Shown one piece after another: positions 11,844 to 22,630 of a DNA stretch of 64,000 nucleotides. Under the pieces are notes generated by a model that saw only the letters and a list, made by a program, of their open reading frames with translations, made no database searches and was not told the origin of the DNA. A program made the translations under genes and the position numbers. The stretch comes from Macrostomum hystrix (lineage: Eukaryota > Animalia > Platyhelminthes). The stretch spans positions 4,836,001 to 4,900,000 of the forward strand of contig CATNEN010000029.1 in the NCBI GenBank assembly GCA_950097015.1, read 5' to 3'. The number at the start of each line of letters is the position of its first letter. Position 1 is the first letter of the stretch.

Positions 11844-12813
11844 TCATCTTTTGAAAAGACCTTGCTACTTATCTAAAACTGCGAACTGACCTTTGAGCAT
11901 GGAAAAACACGATCTCAGTTTTTAAACGTGAAATACATTCCAATTGACACGATGAAATAATGTTAATCTTAATCTGGTAAACAATGTCATTGTAAATTTC
12001 CTGTGCATGGATATGTAAATAATTCCTGAAGCATTTTTCATAAATTTAGCACTAGATTTTGTTGTTAGTCATCGATAATTGGAATAATGGCCACCGAGTT
12101 GGCGTAATCGTGCACATCATGTACGATGGTTCACGATTTTATGTCCATATATGTACAAGACCTTTAATTTATACCGGTTTTTTTCTAATTCGGTGAATAC
12201 AACTGAAACGTTCGGACTGAACTAGATTTATATATGTATCTCTGCTCTGATTCTGATCTGACTCAAAATTCTTACAACTTTTGCGTCAAAATATTTCGAA
12301 TGAAATTGGTAATCGCATCGTAATTTTCCCCAATTTTCTGTCTCGAAATGTCGGTATACTTTTTTCAGTGCACGTTAATTAGAAAAGAAAAGGCTTTTTC
12401 TTCAGAGTTTAAGTTAGGCCCCATCAGGCAGCAGTGGTGTCCACAGAACAGTAATAACATTCTACACACCAACAAAATCCTTGCTGTACTTTTATAGTAT
12501 GCTAATCTCTATTTCATGGCTGAGCAGAATTACTCATTGGTTATTGAAGATCTAACTTACTAGTCCAAAGACCCGAAGTCATAGACAATCTGCGTGTGTC
12601 CAGACTTCGGTCCCACCGTCCTAAAAATGCGTCTATGGTCAAAAGCTTGACTGACTCCTCAAGGAATCGAGAATTTCTGTACTTAGTAGCAAAGCTAAGC
12701 AGAGCGTTGACTTTTGTCCTAATCAGTCAAGTAAGTTTGCAAGGTTCTGCATTGAAATTTTCGCGAAGGATTGCCGATAAAACACCAAGGCGATACAATA
12801 GGCTTCCGCCATT

Positions 12814-15294
12814 ATGATACCTGTACTAAAGAAAGCGCACAGTGCCGACGCCATGGTTATGAGCATGGAAATCATGAGCGAGGCGCCGTTGACGACCGAA
12901 AAAATCAGAAAAGCCGTCAAGAATGGACAGTTTCATGGCAAGTCTGAGTACACACGAACCGGGTTATTTTATCGACAAAACAGCCAGAGCAACGCGTTGC
13001 CTGAGCCAGACTCAGATTCTACTCGAAAAGTACCTAATGCCGTGACGGAGACGATCGGGACTTTGTTGACAGTCGAAGCGGACGTGAACGACCCCAAGAT
13101 ACTGCAGTTATCAGACAGCACCGAGGAGGATGTTCAAAATAAAAGCAACAAAAAGAAAATGGGTAAGAATCAGAAAAAAGAATCTGAAGCTGAAGTTCAA
13201 AAGGTTGACGAACGGAAGGCTTTCTATATTAGCACCCAGCTTTACCGGTTTGGAGAACACCTTGCAATGTACAATCGCTTGTATCAGGAGAGCTATCCTC
13301 AGCTTTTGTGCAATAACACCAAGTTCTACATAGAGACAGAAAATAACGGCGTCGGTTGTCTGGACTTGTTGTTCACTGCCTTCTGTGATTTTATGAAGAT
13401 GGAGAAAGTCAAGAATCTTCCGACAGATGGTGGCGAGCGCGTCTTTTGCTGGCTTGGGAAACGCAAGGCCAGTGAGCTGCTGCCTACCCTGAGACCTGAG
13501 CACCACTTTGTCAACCGTCTGCCATTGGATGTATACTTGAAGGACAAACAGAGCCTGGCGTTCACGTTGAAAACGAACACTCTGACGAAGAGCATTCAGT
13601 TTAAGGAGCACCTATGTCCTTACATCCAAAAGCGGATTCCATGCCAAATACTCTGCCCGCACCAATATGCCGCTCACAGCATGGAACCCTGTAAGAACTC
13701 TGAATGTTTTGAAGCGATGTCTAAAGAGGCTCGCAATGAACTTGGCATCAGCAAGCTATATAATGGTCCTATGTGCCCATGCTTTGGAAGCAAAATATTT
13801 GTTCCAGAGACCAAGGTATTTTCTTCATCGCTACAACAGAACGTTTTTATTGAGGACATTTCTAGAACGGCTCCTGATGCCCACTGGATTGTAAAGCCCT
13901 CGTACATGCGCAGTGGCAAGGGTGTTCGCATCTTGTCGTCACCTGATCAGCTCCGCACCTTTCTAAAAGTGAAAACTTCTAACCGGTTCATGTGGGGCCA
14001 GAACTATGTAGTTCAAAGGTACATAAAGAATCCAATGCTAACAAATACAGGACAGAAGTTTGACATCCGTATGTTTCTGCTAATAGTTGTTACTCGATTC
14101 AAACGCGTACTGGGCTTCCTTCATCCAGGATTTGTGCGAAAGGTGCCTGACGCATACGTCCAGCTTCAGAATAATGAGAAGTTCCATGCCCGCCAGCATC
14201 TTGCAGGGACACGAGTATGGCGAGCCTATGCGCCTAAAAATGATCCTGTAGATCCTAAAGCTAATGACACGAATGGAAAAAAAGCCTCGATCCCAATTCA
14301 GACACAGAACAATGCCAAGGGCAAAAAAAAGCGAAAGGCGTCCATACAATTGGATCCATTGGAGCCGATCAATCGAATTGGCTTCTACGCCGGAGACTTT
14401 ACTAACGACGAATGTGAGGAGTACAACTTTGCTTTGCGACACGGCTGCCTAAAAGGTAACAAGCAGAACTTACCGCTCATCATGACGACTACTAAAGCAC
14501 CTGAGCTTGATCCAAAGCCGCAGCCAAAAGACAAAAAAGTTGGCGCCTCGGCTAACCCAAAACTTACTACGGAAAGCAGCACCACGGAGCAAAGTTCTTT
14601 TCTCTCACCCAAATCTAAATCCATAAGTAACAATGTGGAAACTTCCGTTAGTCAGACTACTTCTGATGAACCACAGTCGAGTTCAGCCCCTGATCGAGCT
14701 TCAGTTCCAAAAAGTATTGATGTAAATACGAAAGCAGCTAATGTACCACCTGGCGGGGACCCATGGTCCCACTTTAGTACAAATGAAACCTTCCTGCGTA
14801 GTTTGCGCAGTATGGTTTGTAACATCTGCACAAATGTACTTGACCAGATCAAAGAAAAGGCAAACTGCTACCAAATCTTCTCAATGGATCTCTGCATTGA
14901 TGATGAAGGCAAACCGTGGCTGCTAGAAGTAAACCCGTCTATTATGACGGAGAATGTCAACTGGAACAGTCGCACCATTCGCGAGGTGATTCCAGGTGTG
15001 CTAGTAGAAAGCCTGGCCTTGGTTTGCGAGACGACACGCAAAGGGTTGAGCTTCCTGGCTTTACGTACTCCAAAGCAATTCTCGAGCAAGCCGGAAGACT
15101 TGGTATTCAGACAGAACTTTCTGTGGCTTTACAGCACTCCTGACCATTTGTGCAACACGTTTGAACTTAAGCAGCTTAAATATGCGGTGGAAAAGCAGCA
15201 CAAAAGTGATCTGACTAGCCGAGGCATCAGCTATGTACCCTGTGGACTACTATCCAGAAAAAAACCAAAAGCTGATGAAGTCGATCGATGCTGA
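12814..15294 (+). CDS. TTLL: Tubulin-tyrosine-ligase-like (TTLL, ATP-grasp) protein, divergent, 826 aa, single ORF
   Basis: HFVNRLP, WIVKPSYMRSGKGV, YVVQRYIKNPML, KFDIRMFLL, QIFSMDLCIDDEGKPWLLEVNP. The true start codon is uncertain. Confidence 0.85.
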   Translation: MIPVLKKAHSADAMVMSMEIMSEAPLTTEKIRKAVKNGQFHGKSEYTRTGLFYRQNSQSNALPEPDSDSTRKVPNAVTETIGTLLTVEADVNDPKILQLSDSTEEDVQNKSNKKKMGKNQKKESEAEVQKVDERKAFYISTQLYRFGEHLAMYNRLYQESYPQLLCNNTKFYIETENNGVGCLDLLFTAFCDFMKMEKVKNLPTDGGERVFCWLGKRKASELLPTLRPEHHFVNRLPLDVYLKDKQSLAFTLKTNTLTKSIQFKEHLCPYIQKRIPCQILCPHQYAAHSMEPCKNSECFEAMSKEARNELGISKLYNGPMCPCFGSKIFVPETKVFSSSLQQNVFIEDISRTAPDAHWIVKPSYMRSGKGVRILSSPDQLRTFLKVKTSNRFMWGQNYVVQRYIKNPMLTNTGQKFDIRMFLLIVVTRFKRVLGFLHPGFVRKVPDAYVQLQNNEKFHARQHLAGTRVWRAYAPKNDPVDPKANDTNGKKASIPIQTQNNAKGKKKRKASIQLDPLEPINRIGFYAGDFTNDECEEYNFALRHGCLKGNKQNLPLIMTTTKAPELDPKPQPKDKKVGASANPKLTTESSTTEQSSFLSPKSKSISNNVETSVSQTTSDEPQSSSAPDRASVPKSIDVNTKAANVPPGGDPWSHFSTNETFLRSLRSMVCNICTNVLDQIKEKANCYQIFSMDLCIDDEGKPWLLEVNPSIMTENVNWNSRTIREVIPGVLVESLALVCETTRKGLSFLALRTPKQFSSKPEDLVFRQNFLWLYSTPDHLCNTFELKQLKYAVEKQHKSDLTSRGISYVPCGLLSRKKPKADEVDRC

Positions 15295-15571
15295 TATAGC
15301 TAAGAAAGTTCTAGACTCTAGCGCCAATCGTTGCGCCTATCGGTTTCCGTCTCCAGTGGCAAACATTCCGTTGCTTGAAGAGGACGTAGCGTTTAGCCAA
15401 CGATACGCCCGGGTGCAGTTAGATGCCATCAAGCGGCAGACGCGCGTGCGCCGCATGGAGAAGGAGGTAAAGCGACAGAGACAGTTCAACGAAAAGGAGC
15501 GTTTCCAGGCCTTTAAGAATCTTCGGGACAAGCCAAAAGCAATGCTCAAGGAGCGCATTATAACTGAATGA
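15233..15571 (+). CDS. Charged, helical 112-aa ORF overlapping the TTLL end in the +1 frame (possible true TTLL C-terminus)
   Basis: Coding-like composition (DAIKRQTRVRRMEKEVKRQRQFNEKERFQAFKNLR). It overlaps the TTLL stop by 62 nt across an A7 run at 15258-15264. Confidence 0.5.
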   Translation: MYPVDYYPEKNQKLMKSIDADIAKKVLDSSANRCAYRFPSPVANIPLLEEDVAFSQRYARVQLDAIKRQTRVRRMEKEVKRQRQFNEKERFQAFKNLRDKPKAMLKERIITE

Positions 15572-15854
15572 CAGCTATTAGATTTTTATGAGTTCCTTGA
15601 AAACGATGCTGTTTATTTTAATGCGGTTCCGCATAATGTGACGTGAAAAATATATATTCTCTCTCTCCTATCTTCATTTTTCTCGATCTTTCTGAGAAGC
15701 CGCGTCTTGGGCCTAAGATGCCAGGACTTGAAATAGAAGGTCAAGCAATGAGAAATGCGTTAATGGCAGTTTCTGTTTTAAACAATGAAAGCATGCATGC
15801 TTTTTTCTTTGACTAATTTCTGAACTCGCAATAATAATATGATAATAATAATTA

Positions 15855-16166
15855 ATTGCACTACCATAAATCGGGATATATATGCAGCCGACAGCACAGC
15901 TGCAGCTATTGCGGGGCGCATCTAAAGGCTGTGTACGGCTGTTCAGTCCATGGACTGGGGGACGCCACACCCACCCTCAATTACACCAGCTGATGCTGGT
16001 ACCCATTTAACAGTAGGATGAGCTGAAACAATGTATAGTTACATTGTTTTGTCTTACTAAACAAAGCAATGTCTTGCTAAAGGACACAAATTGTTCCACT
16101 GGAGTCTGGAATCGAACCCACGACCTTCAAGTCGTGAGTCCGACGCTCTAGCCACTAAGCTACAAC
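15855..16166 (-). mobile_element. tRNA-derived SINE, family B
   Basis: The reverse complement matches 25125-25430 and 27188-27488: A box, B box (gttcgattcc), the central cccagctg..aaatgggtaccagc block and an AT-rich tail. Confidence 0.85.
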
Positions 16167-16655
16167 ATTTTTTGGAATTTTCGAATACAAGCTTAAAGGC
16201 TCGTTCACAGTGTCATGCAGTTTTTATGTTACAACTAATTTAATGGTCGTAAAATGAACATGAGTTTGCTCTGGCCTTGCTTAAAGGCACTGAATGAGCC
16301 TTAATAGGTTACTATGTAAGGTTCGTAGTCAATAAAGGTTGCTTTCAAATAAAAAGGTTTCCAATTCTCGAATTTGAGATCTGGATTGTCTCTGAAAGTG
16401 CATGCAAAGTATCTCTAAGTCAAATAGGACTGCTATATCGGCACAAAACCGAATTGCTTTAAAATCTAAAATAGACATTGTAGGCGGCGCCAGCCCTTAT
16501 ACGTGCGTAGGGTTGGCGTTTGTCCATCTCTCTTCTGTCTCAATGTACGCTTGTGCATGGTGAGACTTTAGCCACCAACCTGGCTAAGTTAAGAGTCAAA
16601 TATAAACTATCGCATTGATTTTCGGCACTATCTAGAAGTACTACAAACTGTTGAC

Positions 16656-17782
16656 GGGTCGATGAGACTTGCCCGCAGGCGAACTGCCCGCCGAGATTTG
16701 CCCGCAGGCGAACTGCCCGCCGAGATTTGCCCGCAGGCGAACTGCCCGCCGAGATTTGCCCGCAGAGATTTGCCCATCGAGATTTGCCCGCAGAGATTTG
16801 CCCGCAGTGCATTCTGCCCGCAGAGATTTGCCCGCAGAGATTTGCCCGTCGAGATTTGCCCGCAGAGATTTTCCCGTCAAGATTTGCCCGCAGGAGATTT
16901 GCCCGCAGGAGATTTGCCCGCAGAGATTTGCCCGCAGAGATTTGCCCGCAGTGCATTCTGCCCGCAGGAGATTTGCCCGTCAAGATTTTCCCGTCGAGAT
17001 TTTCCCGTCGAGATTTTCCCGTCGAGATTTTCCCGTCGAGATTTGCCCGTCGAGATTTTCCCGTCGAGATTTGCCCGCAGTGCATTCTGCCCGCAGAGAT
17101 TTTCCCGCAATGCAGTTTTAATCTTGCAAAAATAGACTTATACTTATCGAAATTATTTACCTGCCAGATTTCAACCGTGTGAATCTGAAACTCTTACTTT
17201 CATCTCTATCTCTATCTTAGAGATTGGCATCTCTAGCTGGTGGAGCGCCGTCTGTTTCAAAGTCACATGTCAGCCGCCTGGATTTTATCACCTCGATCTA
17301 CTCAACCACCGAACGACAAATCCAGTAAATAAGCCATGGAGTCCTATATGGTGCATGTCGGGGACCCCACGACATTTTATAATCTGGCCCTTACATAGAG
17401 TACCCTCGTATGAGTATGCAGAGCATTTTCATCTTATGCATTTGCGGCAGTACGAGCGTAAGAGTTTCAGATTCACACGGTTGAAATCTGGCAGGTAAAT
17501 AATTTCGATAAGTATAAGTAGATTTTTGCAAGATTAAAACTGCATTGCGAGAAAATCTCTGCGGGCAAATCTCTGCGGGAAAATCTCGACGGGAAAATCT
17601 CGACGGGAAAATCTCTGCTGGCAAATCTCGACAGGCAAATCTCGACGGGCAAATCTCGACGGGCAAATCTTCTGCGGGCAGAATGCACTGCGGGCAAATC
17701 TCTGCGGGCAAATCTCGGCGGGCAAATCTCCTGCGGGCAAGTCTCGGCGGGCAGTTCGCCTGCGGGCAAGTCTCGTGCTCCC
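16656..17782. mobile_element. Foldback (Mutator-like) non-autonomous element 1 with tandem-repeat inverted arms and a 9-bp TSD
   Basis: The left arm (16656-17197) and right arm (17458-17782) are inverted copies. Each has 14-16 bp units (GAGATTTGCCCGCA) plus a ~95-bp unique inner inverted repeat. The core is 260 bp. ACTGTTGAC is duplicated at 16647-16655 and 17783-17791. Ends are GGG...CCC. Confidence 0.88.
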
Positions 17783-18029
17783 ACTGTTGACTTGTCCAGT
17801 TCCTTAATTTTTTGGTAATTCTGCACTTGGACCAGAGCTTAAATACTGCCAAATATTTTTTGGACAAGTTGAGAACTCAAACTAGGCAAATATAATTTGA
17901 AAGCCACAAAAACTCGCAACAATATAAAAAAACTTGCAAACTATCGACTATGAGTTTTATTACAACCATTGCGCTACGAGCTCGTAAAATCAATCATTGC
18001 GCTACTGAACGAGTCAACGGTAACATTTT

Positions 18030-18545
18030 TCACTCTGTAGATGACACAGGGCCGCTAGCAGTCGCATTGCTTGGCTTCTTGACCTTCACCTCCAGGCAGA
18101 ACAATAGCGCCTTAATCAGGAGCAGCGTCAGCAGAGAGAAGATAATGCCACTAGTGTAGCACGAGTACTCTAGACCTCTAACAATATACATGACGAATTC
18201 GCAATTAGCGCCAAATATATGTCTTTCGTACAGCTTCTGACGATTCTGCGTGATGAGACTCACCTCGATAGAGATGAATAAGGCCACGAGAGTCGAAGCC
18301 ATGTGAGTTAATATCAAAAGTATTAGGAGTATCGACTGCAAACAGTAGAGCACTGACGACATTGTGCTGGTCATTGAGACAACCAGGAATAAGGAAAAAC
18401 AACTGCGGACGGACATTTTTGGCCAATGCGATGGTCGCAGAAGCTCATGCTCAAACAGATGGGTCTCGTAGTTATCAAAGCCGTCTGAGGGATTCGAGTC
18501 CTGGGCCGTTGCTGCATCTAGCTCAACCCGAGCGCGGGGCTGCAT
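18030..18545 (-). CDS. Small intronless multi-pass membrane protein (171 aa), unknown family
   Basis: ATG at 18545. A hydrophilic N-terminus is followed by three or four hydrophobic stretches (CFSLFLVVSM, VLYCLQSILLILLIL..TLVALFISI, SGIIFSLLTLLLIKALLFCL). No family was recognised. Confidence 0.55.
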   Translation of the reverse strand: MQPRARVELDAATAQDSNPSDGFDNYETHLFEHELLRPSHWPKMSVRSCFSLFLVVSMTSTMSSVLYCLQSILLILLILTHMASTLVALFISIEVSLITQNRQKLYERHIFGANCEFVMYIVRGLEYSCYTSGIIFSLLTLLLIKALLFCLEVKVKKPSNATASGPVSSTE

Positions 18546-18715
18546 TTTGCACTTTATAAAGAAAATTATATTTCTTTCTTTTTCTTTGCTTTGCACGAGC
18601 TATGAGCTAAAATAAAGTTAAGCACTTGCACCATAAACTACCATGGTAGCTAGCTAGCAAGATCCTATCAAGGACCACTAGAAGAAGAAGGAAGGCACAC
18701 TTCTTTCATATTGAA

Positions 18716-20869
18716 TGCGGAGCATTTGACTGCGGACAATTTGACTGCGGAGCATTTGACTGCGGAGCATTTGACTGCGGAGCATTTGACTGCGGAGAAT
18801 TTGACTGCGGAGCATTTGACTGCGGACAATTTGACTGCGGAGCATTTGACTGCGGAGCATTTGACTGCGGACAATTTGACTGCGGAGCATTTGACTGCGG
18901 AGCATTTGACTGCGGACAATTTGACTGCGGAGCATTTGACTGCGGACAATTTGACTGCGGAGCATTTGACTGCGGAGCATTTGACTGCGGGCAATTTGAC
19001 TGCGGACAATTTGACTGCGGAGCATTTGACTGCGGACAATTTGACTGCGGACAATTTGACTGCGGAGCATTTGACTGCGGAGCATTTGACTGCGGACAAT
19101 TTGACTGCGGAGCATTTGACTGCGGAGCATTTGACTGCGGAGCATTTGACTGCGGACAATTTGACTGCGGACAATTTGACTGCGGACAATTTGACTGCGG
19201 AGCATTTGACTGCGGACAATTTGACTGCCAGCCATTTGACCGCCAGCCATTTGACTGCCAGCCATTTGACTGCCAGCCATTTGACTGCCAGCCATTTGAC
19301 TGTCAGCCATTTGACTGCCAGCCATTTGACTGCCAGCCATTTGACCGCCAGCCATTTGACTGCCAGCCATTTGACTGCCAGCCATTTGACTGCCAGCCAT
19401 TTGACTGCCAGCCATTTGACTGCCAGCCATTTGACTGCCAGCCATTTGACTGCCAGCCATTTGACTGCCACAATTTGACTGCGGACAATTTGACTGCGGA
19501 GCATTTGACTGCGGACAATTTGACTGCGGAGCATTTGACTGCGGAGCATTTGACTGCGGACAATTTGACTGCGGAGCATTTGACTGCGGACAATTTGACT
19601 GCGGAGCATTTGACTGCGGAGCATTTGACTGCGGGCAATTTGACTGCGGACAATTTGACTGCGGAGCATTTGACTGCGGACAATTTGACTGCGGACAATT
19701 TGACTGCGGAGCATTTGACTGCGGGCAATTTGACTGCGGAGCATTTGACTGCGGGCAATTTGACTGCGGAGCATTTGACTGCCAGCCATTTGACTGCCAG
19801 CCATTTGACCGCCAGACATTTGACTGCCAGCCATTTGACTGCCAGCCATTTGACTGCCAGCCATTTGACTGCCAGCCATTTGACTGCCACAATTTGACTG
19901 CGGGCAATCTGATGCGGACAATTTGATTGCGGGCAATTTGATTGCGGACAATTTGATTGCGGGCAATTTGACTGCCGGGCAATTTGACTGCCGGGCAATT
20001 TGATTGCGGACAATTTGATTGCGGGCAATTTGACTGCCGGACAATTTGACTGCCGGGCAATTTGACTGCGGACCATTTGACTGCGGAGCATTTGACTGCG
20101 GACAATTTGACTGCGGAGCATTTGACTGCGGACAATTTGACTGCGGACAATTTGACTGCGGAGCATTTGACTGCGGGCAATTTGACTGCGGACAATTTGA
20201 CTGACATGCTGACATACACCAACCTTCAGTCAGTTTTTGCCAAATATCTCAATGGCCGAAGGGGCTGGAGACTTAGTCAGGAAAAATTGATCGGGATCAT
20301 GCATGAGTGACGCTGAAATTATATAGATTCGTTGATATTCAGGGCGGCTAGTATACACTATACACACATGCGCGAGCGTACATGCAAAATCTATAAATCT
20401 ATACATGTACTTGTCCGCAGTCGAATGCAATTTTTCCACTGTCAATTGAAGTGGCAGTCAATAAATGTGCAGCCAAAAGTGTGGAATTGTCCGCAGTCAA
20501 ATTGTGGCAGTCAAATTGTGGCAGTCAAATTGTGGCAGTCAAATTGTGGCAGTCAAATTGTGGCAGTCAAATTGTGGCAGTCAAATTGTGGCAGTCAAAT
20601 TGTGGCAGTCAAATTGTGGCAGTCAAATTGTGGCAGTCAAATTGTGGCAGTCAAATTGTGGCAGTCAAATTGTGGCAGTCAAATTGTGGCAGTCAAATTG
20701 TGGCAGTCAAATTGTGGCAGTCAAATTGTGGCAGTCAAATTGTGGCAGTCAAATTGCTCTGCAGTCAAATGCTCGGCAGTCAAATTGCCCGCAGTCAAAT
20801 TGCCCGCAGTCAAATGCTCCGCAGTCAAATGGTGGAAGTCAAATGGCAGCAGTCAAATGTCGGGCTCCC
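18716..20869. mobile_element. Foldback element 2: CATTTGACTGCGGAG-type arrays in inverted orientation around a ~280-bp core; left terminus missing
   Basis: 15-bp units run from 18716 to 20205. Inverted 14/15-bp units (GTGGCAGTCAAATT) run from ~20485 to 20860. The right end ...ATGTCGGGCTCCC (20869) resembles the end of element 1 (...GTCTCGTGCTCCC). Confidence 0.8.
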
Positions 20870-20890
20870 TGCCTCAGGGCAGTGGCTTTT

Positions 20891-21403
20891 TTATCTAGCT
20901 TTAATTATGCTTTCTATGAAGTCCACAAATCTTTCTGTTAACTCTGTGCTTTCCTGTGTCATTAAATACACAATTTTGTCATCAGCTGTTAGGCTACGAA
21001 ATTTCGAACAGTGCCTGTCACTTTCTCTATGAATTTTATTTCTAATTGGAACATAAACGGACCAATCGCATCTAAAGAGAATATGAGTTTCGTTCTCTAC
21101 CTCGACTCTACATTTTGGACTTGTTCTGTTTTCATAGGCGATTTTCGGTCTTACAGTGCGCAATGTCTCACAGGCCAGTTTGTGGCTTCCTAGACGAAAT
21201 CGGGACATTGTGCGCCTTTGTTCTGGGTTAGAGATTATTGTTAGGTACTTTTCTCTGGAGAAATCTTTCTTAAATGTGTAATAGAAGTGGCTGAGCTTGG
21301 CTGATTTTTCCCAGAATCTTAACATAGTATTGGAAGTTATTTTAACATAACTCAACAAAACACATGTTGCCTCAACGAATTTCAAAATACGTCGTAGCTT
21401 CAT
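20891..21403 (-). pseudogene. 3' fragment of a LINE ORF2 (L2/Crack/Daphne-like C-terminal domain)
   Basis: MSRFRLGSHKLACE...RTSPKCRVEVENETHILFRC..Y..IR matches the RFRLxxHxLxxE / CxxC..E.E.H.L..C motif, with the first Cys lost. Confidence 0.75.
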
Positions 21404-22375
21404 TCGTGAATAATTTGATCTTCATTTTATTTTCGTTTATTTATCATGTTGATAATTATGCTACTGGGTCACAATTTTTTCCTTTTTAATTATAGAGCCA
21501 AAATCTTTGTGATTCCTGATAGCAACAAGAACAGGTAATATATGCGCTCAAATCTCAGCTTATTTTGTAGACTCCAGTCATTGCTGTGAGCTAGAGAATA
21601 CAATGTCATTGTTGAAGTGCTCGCTTTTAAAGTGCAAGTTTGTACATAGACCTATACCTCCAATAATTGTTCTTATAAGGAATCATAAGCGAAGAGCTGC
21701 TAAATACTTAGGTGTTTAAAAAGTATGTTGAGTTAATAAAATAGTTTTTTTTTCATTGAAAGGCATCCCTGAGCATATAATGAGACAGTAAACAGAAGAG
21801 AAGCTGTCAATTTTCAAATGCAGGCTACAATAACAATTTTGCACTTATATTACTAAAAGTAGAGTCAAAAGCTCGCTTTTTTTATCTTCACAACAGATTT
21901 CAGTTCTTGGTCCAAAACATCGAATTGTTAGCACTCAACTATTGCGCTGCCCCATAGTGAGTACCTACTCTGCGGCATAGTAGGCTTAACCTTGGGAAGC
22001 AACACTGTGTCTCACTCGCAGCGGTTTGATTCTGACAGGTGTGCACTAAAGTGCACTATATTAACGCTTAACTAACTGGTTTAGCTGAATGCAATCAAGA
22101 AACAAGCAAAGAGAGAGAGAGAGAGAGAGATCAAAGCATGAGCAAAATAATGCCTGACGACGAAAGTGAGAGTTGCGTAAATAAGAATCGGCGGATCTCC
22201 ACTGGGTGGTACCATGGCTGGCAATTGCAGTCTGACCACTTTGACTTGAATTCCTGCCCAAAGCGGCAGTGCGGAAACCCGCCTCGAAGTTCTATAAGAT
22301 TCCAATTTCCAGAATTTTCCTATTGCGCAGCCACAATTGCAGCTCTACGCTTCTCTCGGTTTTCATCCTCAGTCG

Positions 22376-22568
22376 ATGGGCAGCTGCCAGTCCAGGCCGC
22401 TGGCTCGCCGACAGTCGCAGTCTGTCCGCCTGCAGCAGCGAACGGAGTGGCACGGCTGTCAGCGCCTCATTTCCGATCAATTCAGCACGTCCGTGCGGGC
22501 TCGGAGGTACACGCGGCGAATTGGATCCGATTTCAGCGCCGACTCGGAACTGGCTCGAGGCTTTGTTG
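22376..22568 (+). CDS. PHACTR: PHACTR-like gene, predicted first coding exon (MGSCQS...)
   Basis: ATG 22376 follows cctcag|tcg. The frame is open to donor G|GTAAAT at 22569, and its phase 1 matches the exon at 25488. Linkage is inferred from phase only. Confidence 0.45.
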
Positions 22569-22630
22569 GTAAATACGCTAGAATGGGCCTCTTAAAATTT
22601 AACAATGAATCTTCTGAACTATAGCACATT

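Noticed and set aside
16540-20941. Long repetitive ORFs (AEHLT, SQMLR, AVKWL, RRDLP; up to 515 aa)
   Set aside because: They are translations of 14-15 bp DNA arrays that are open in several frames and on both strands, with no evidence of coding.
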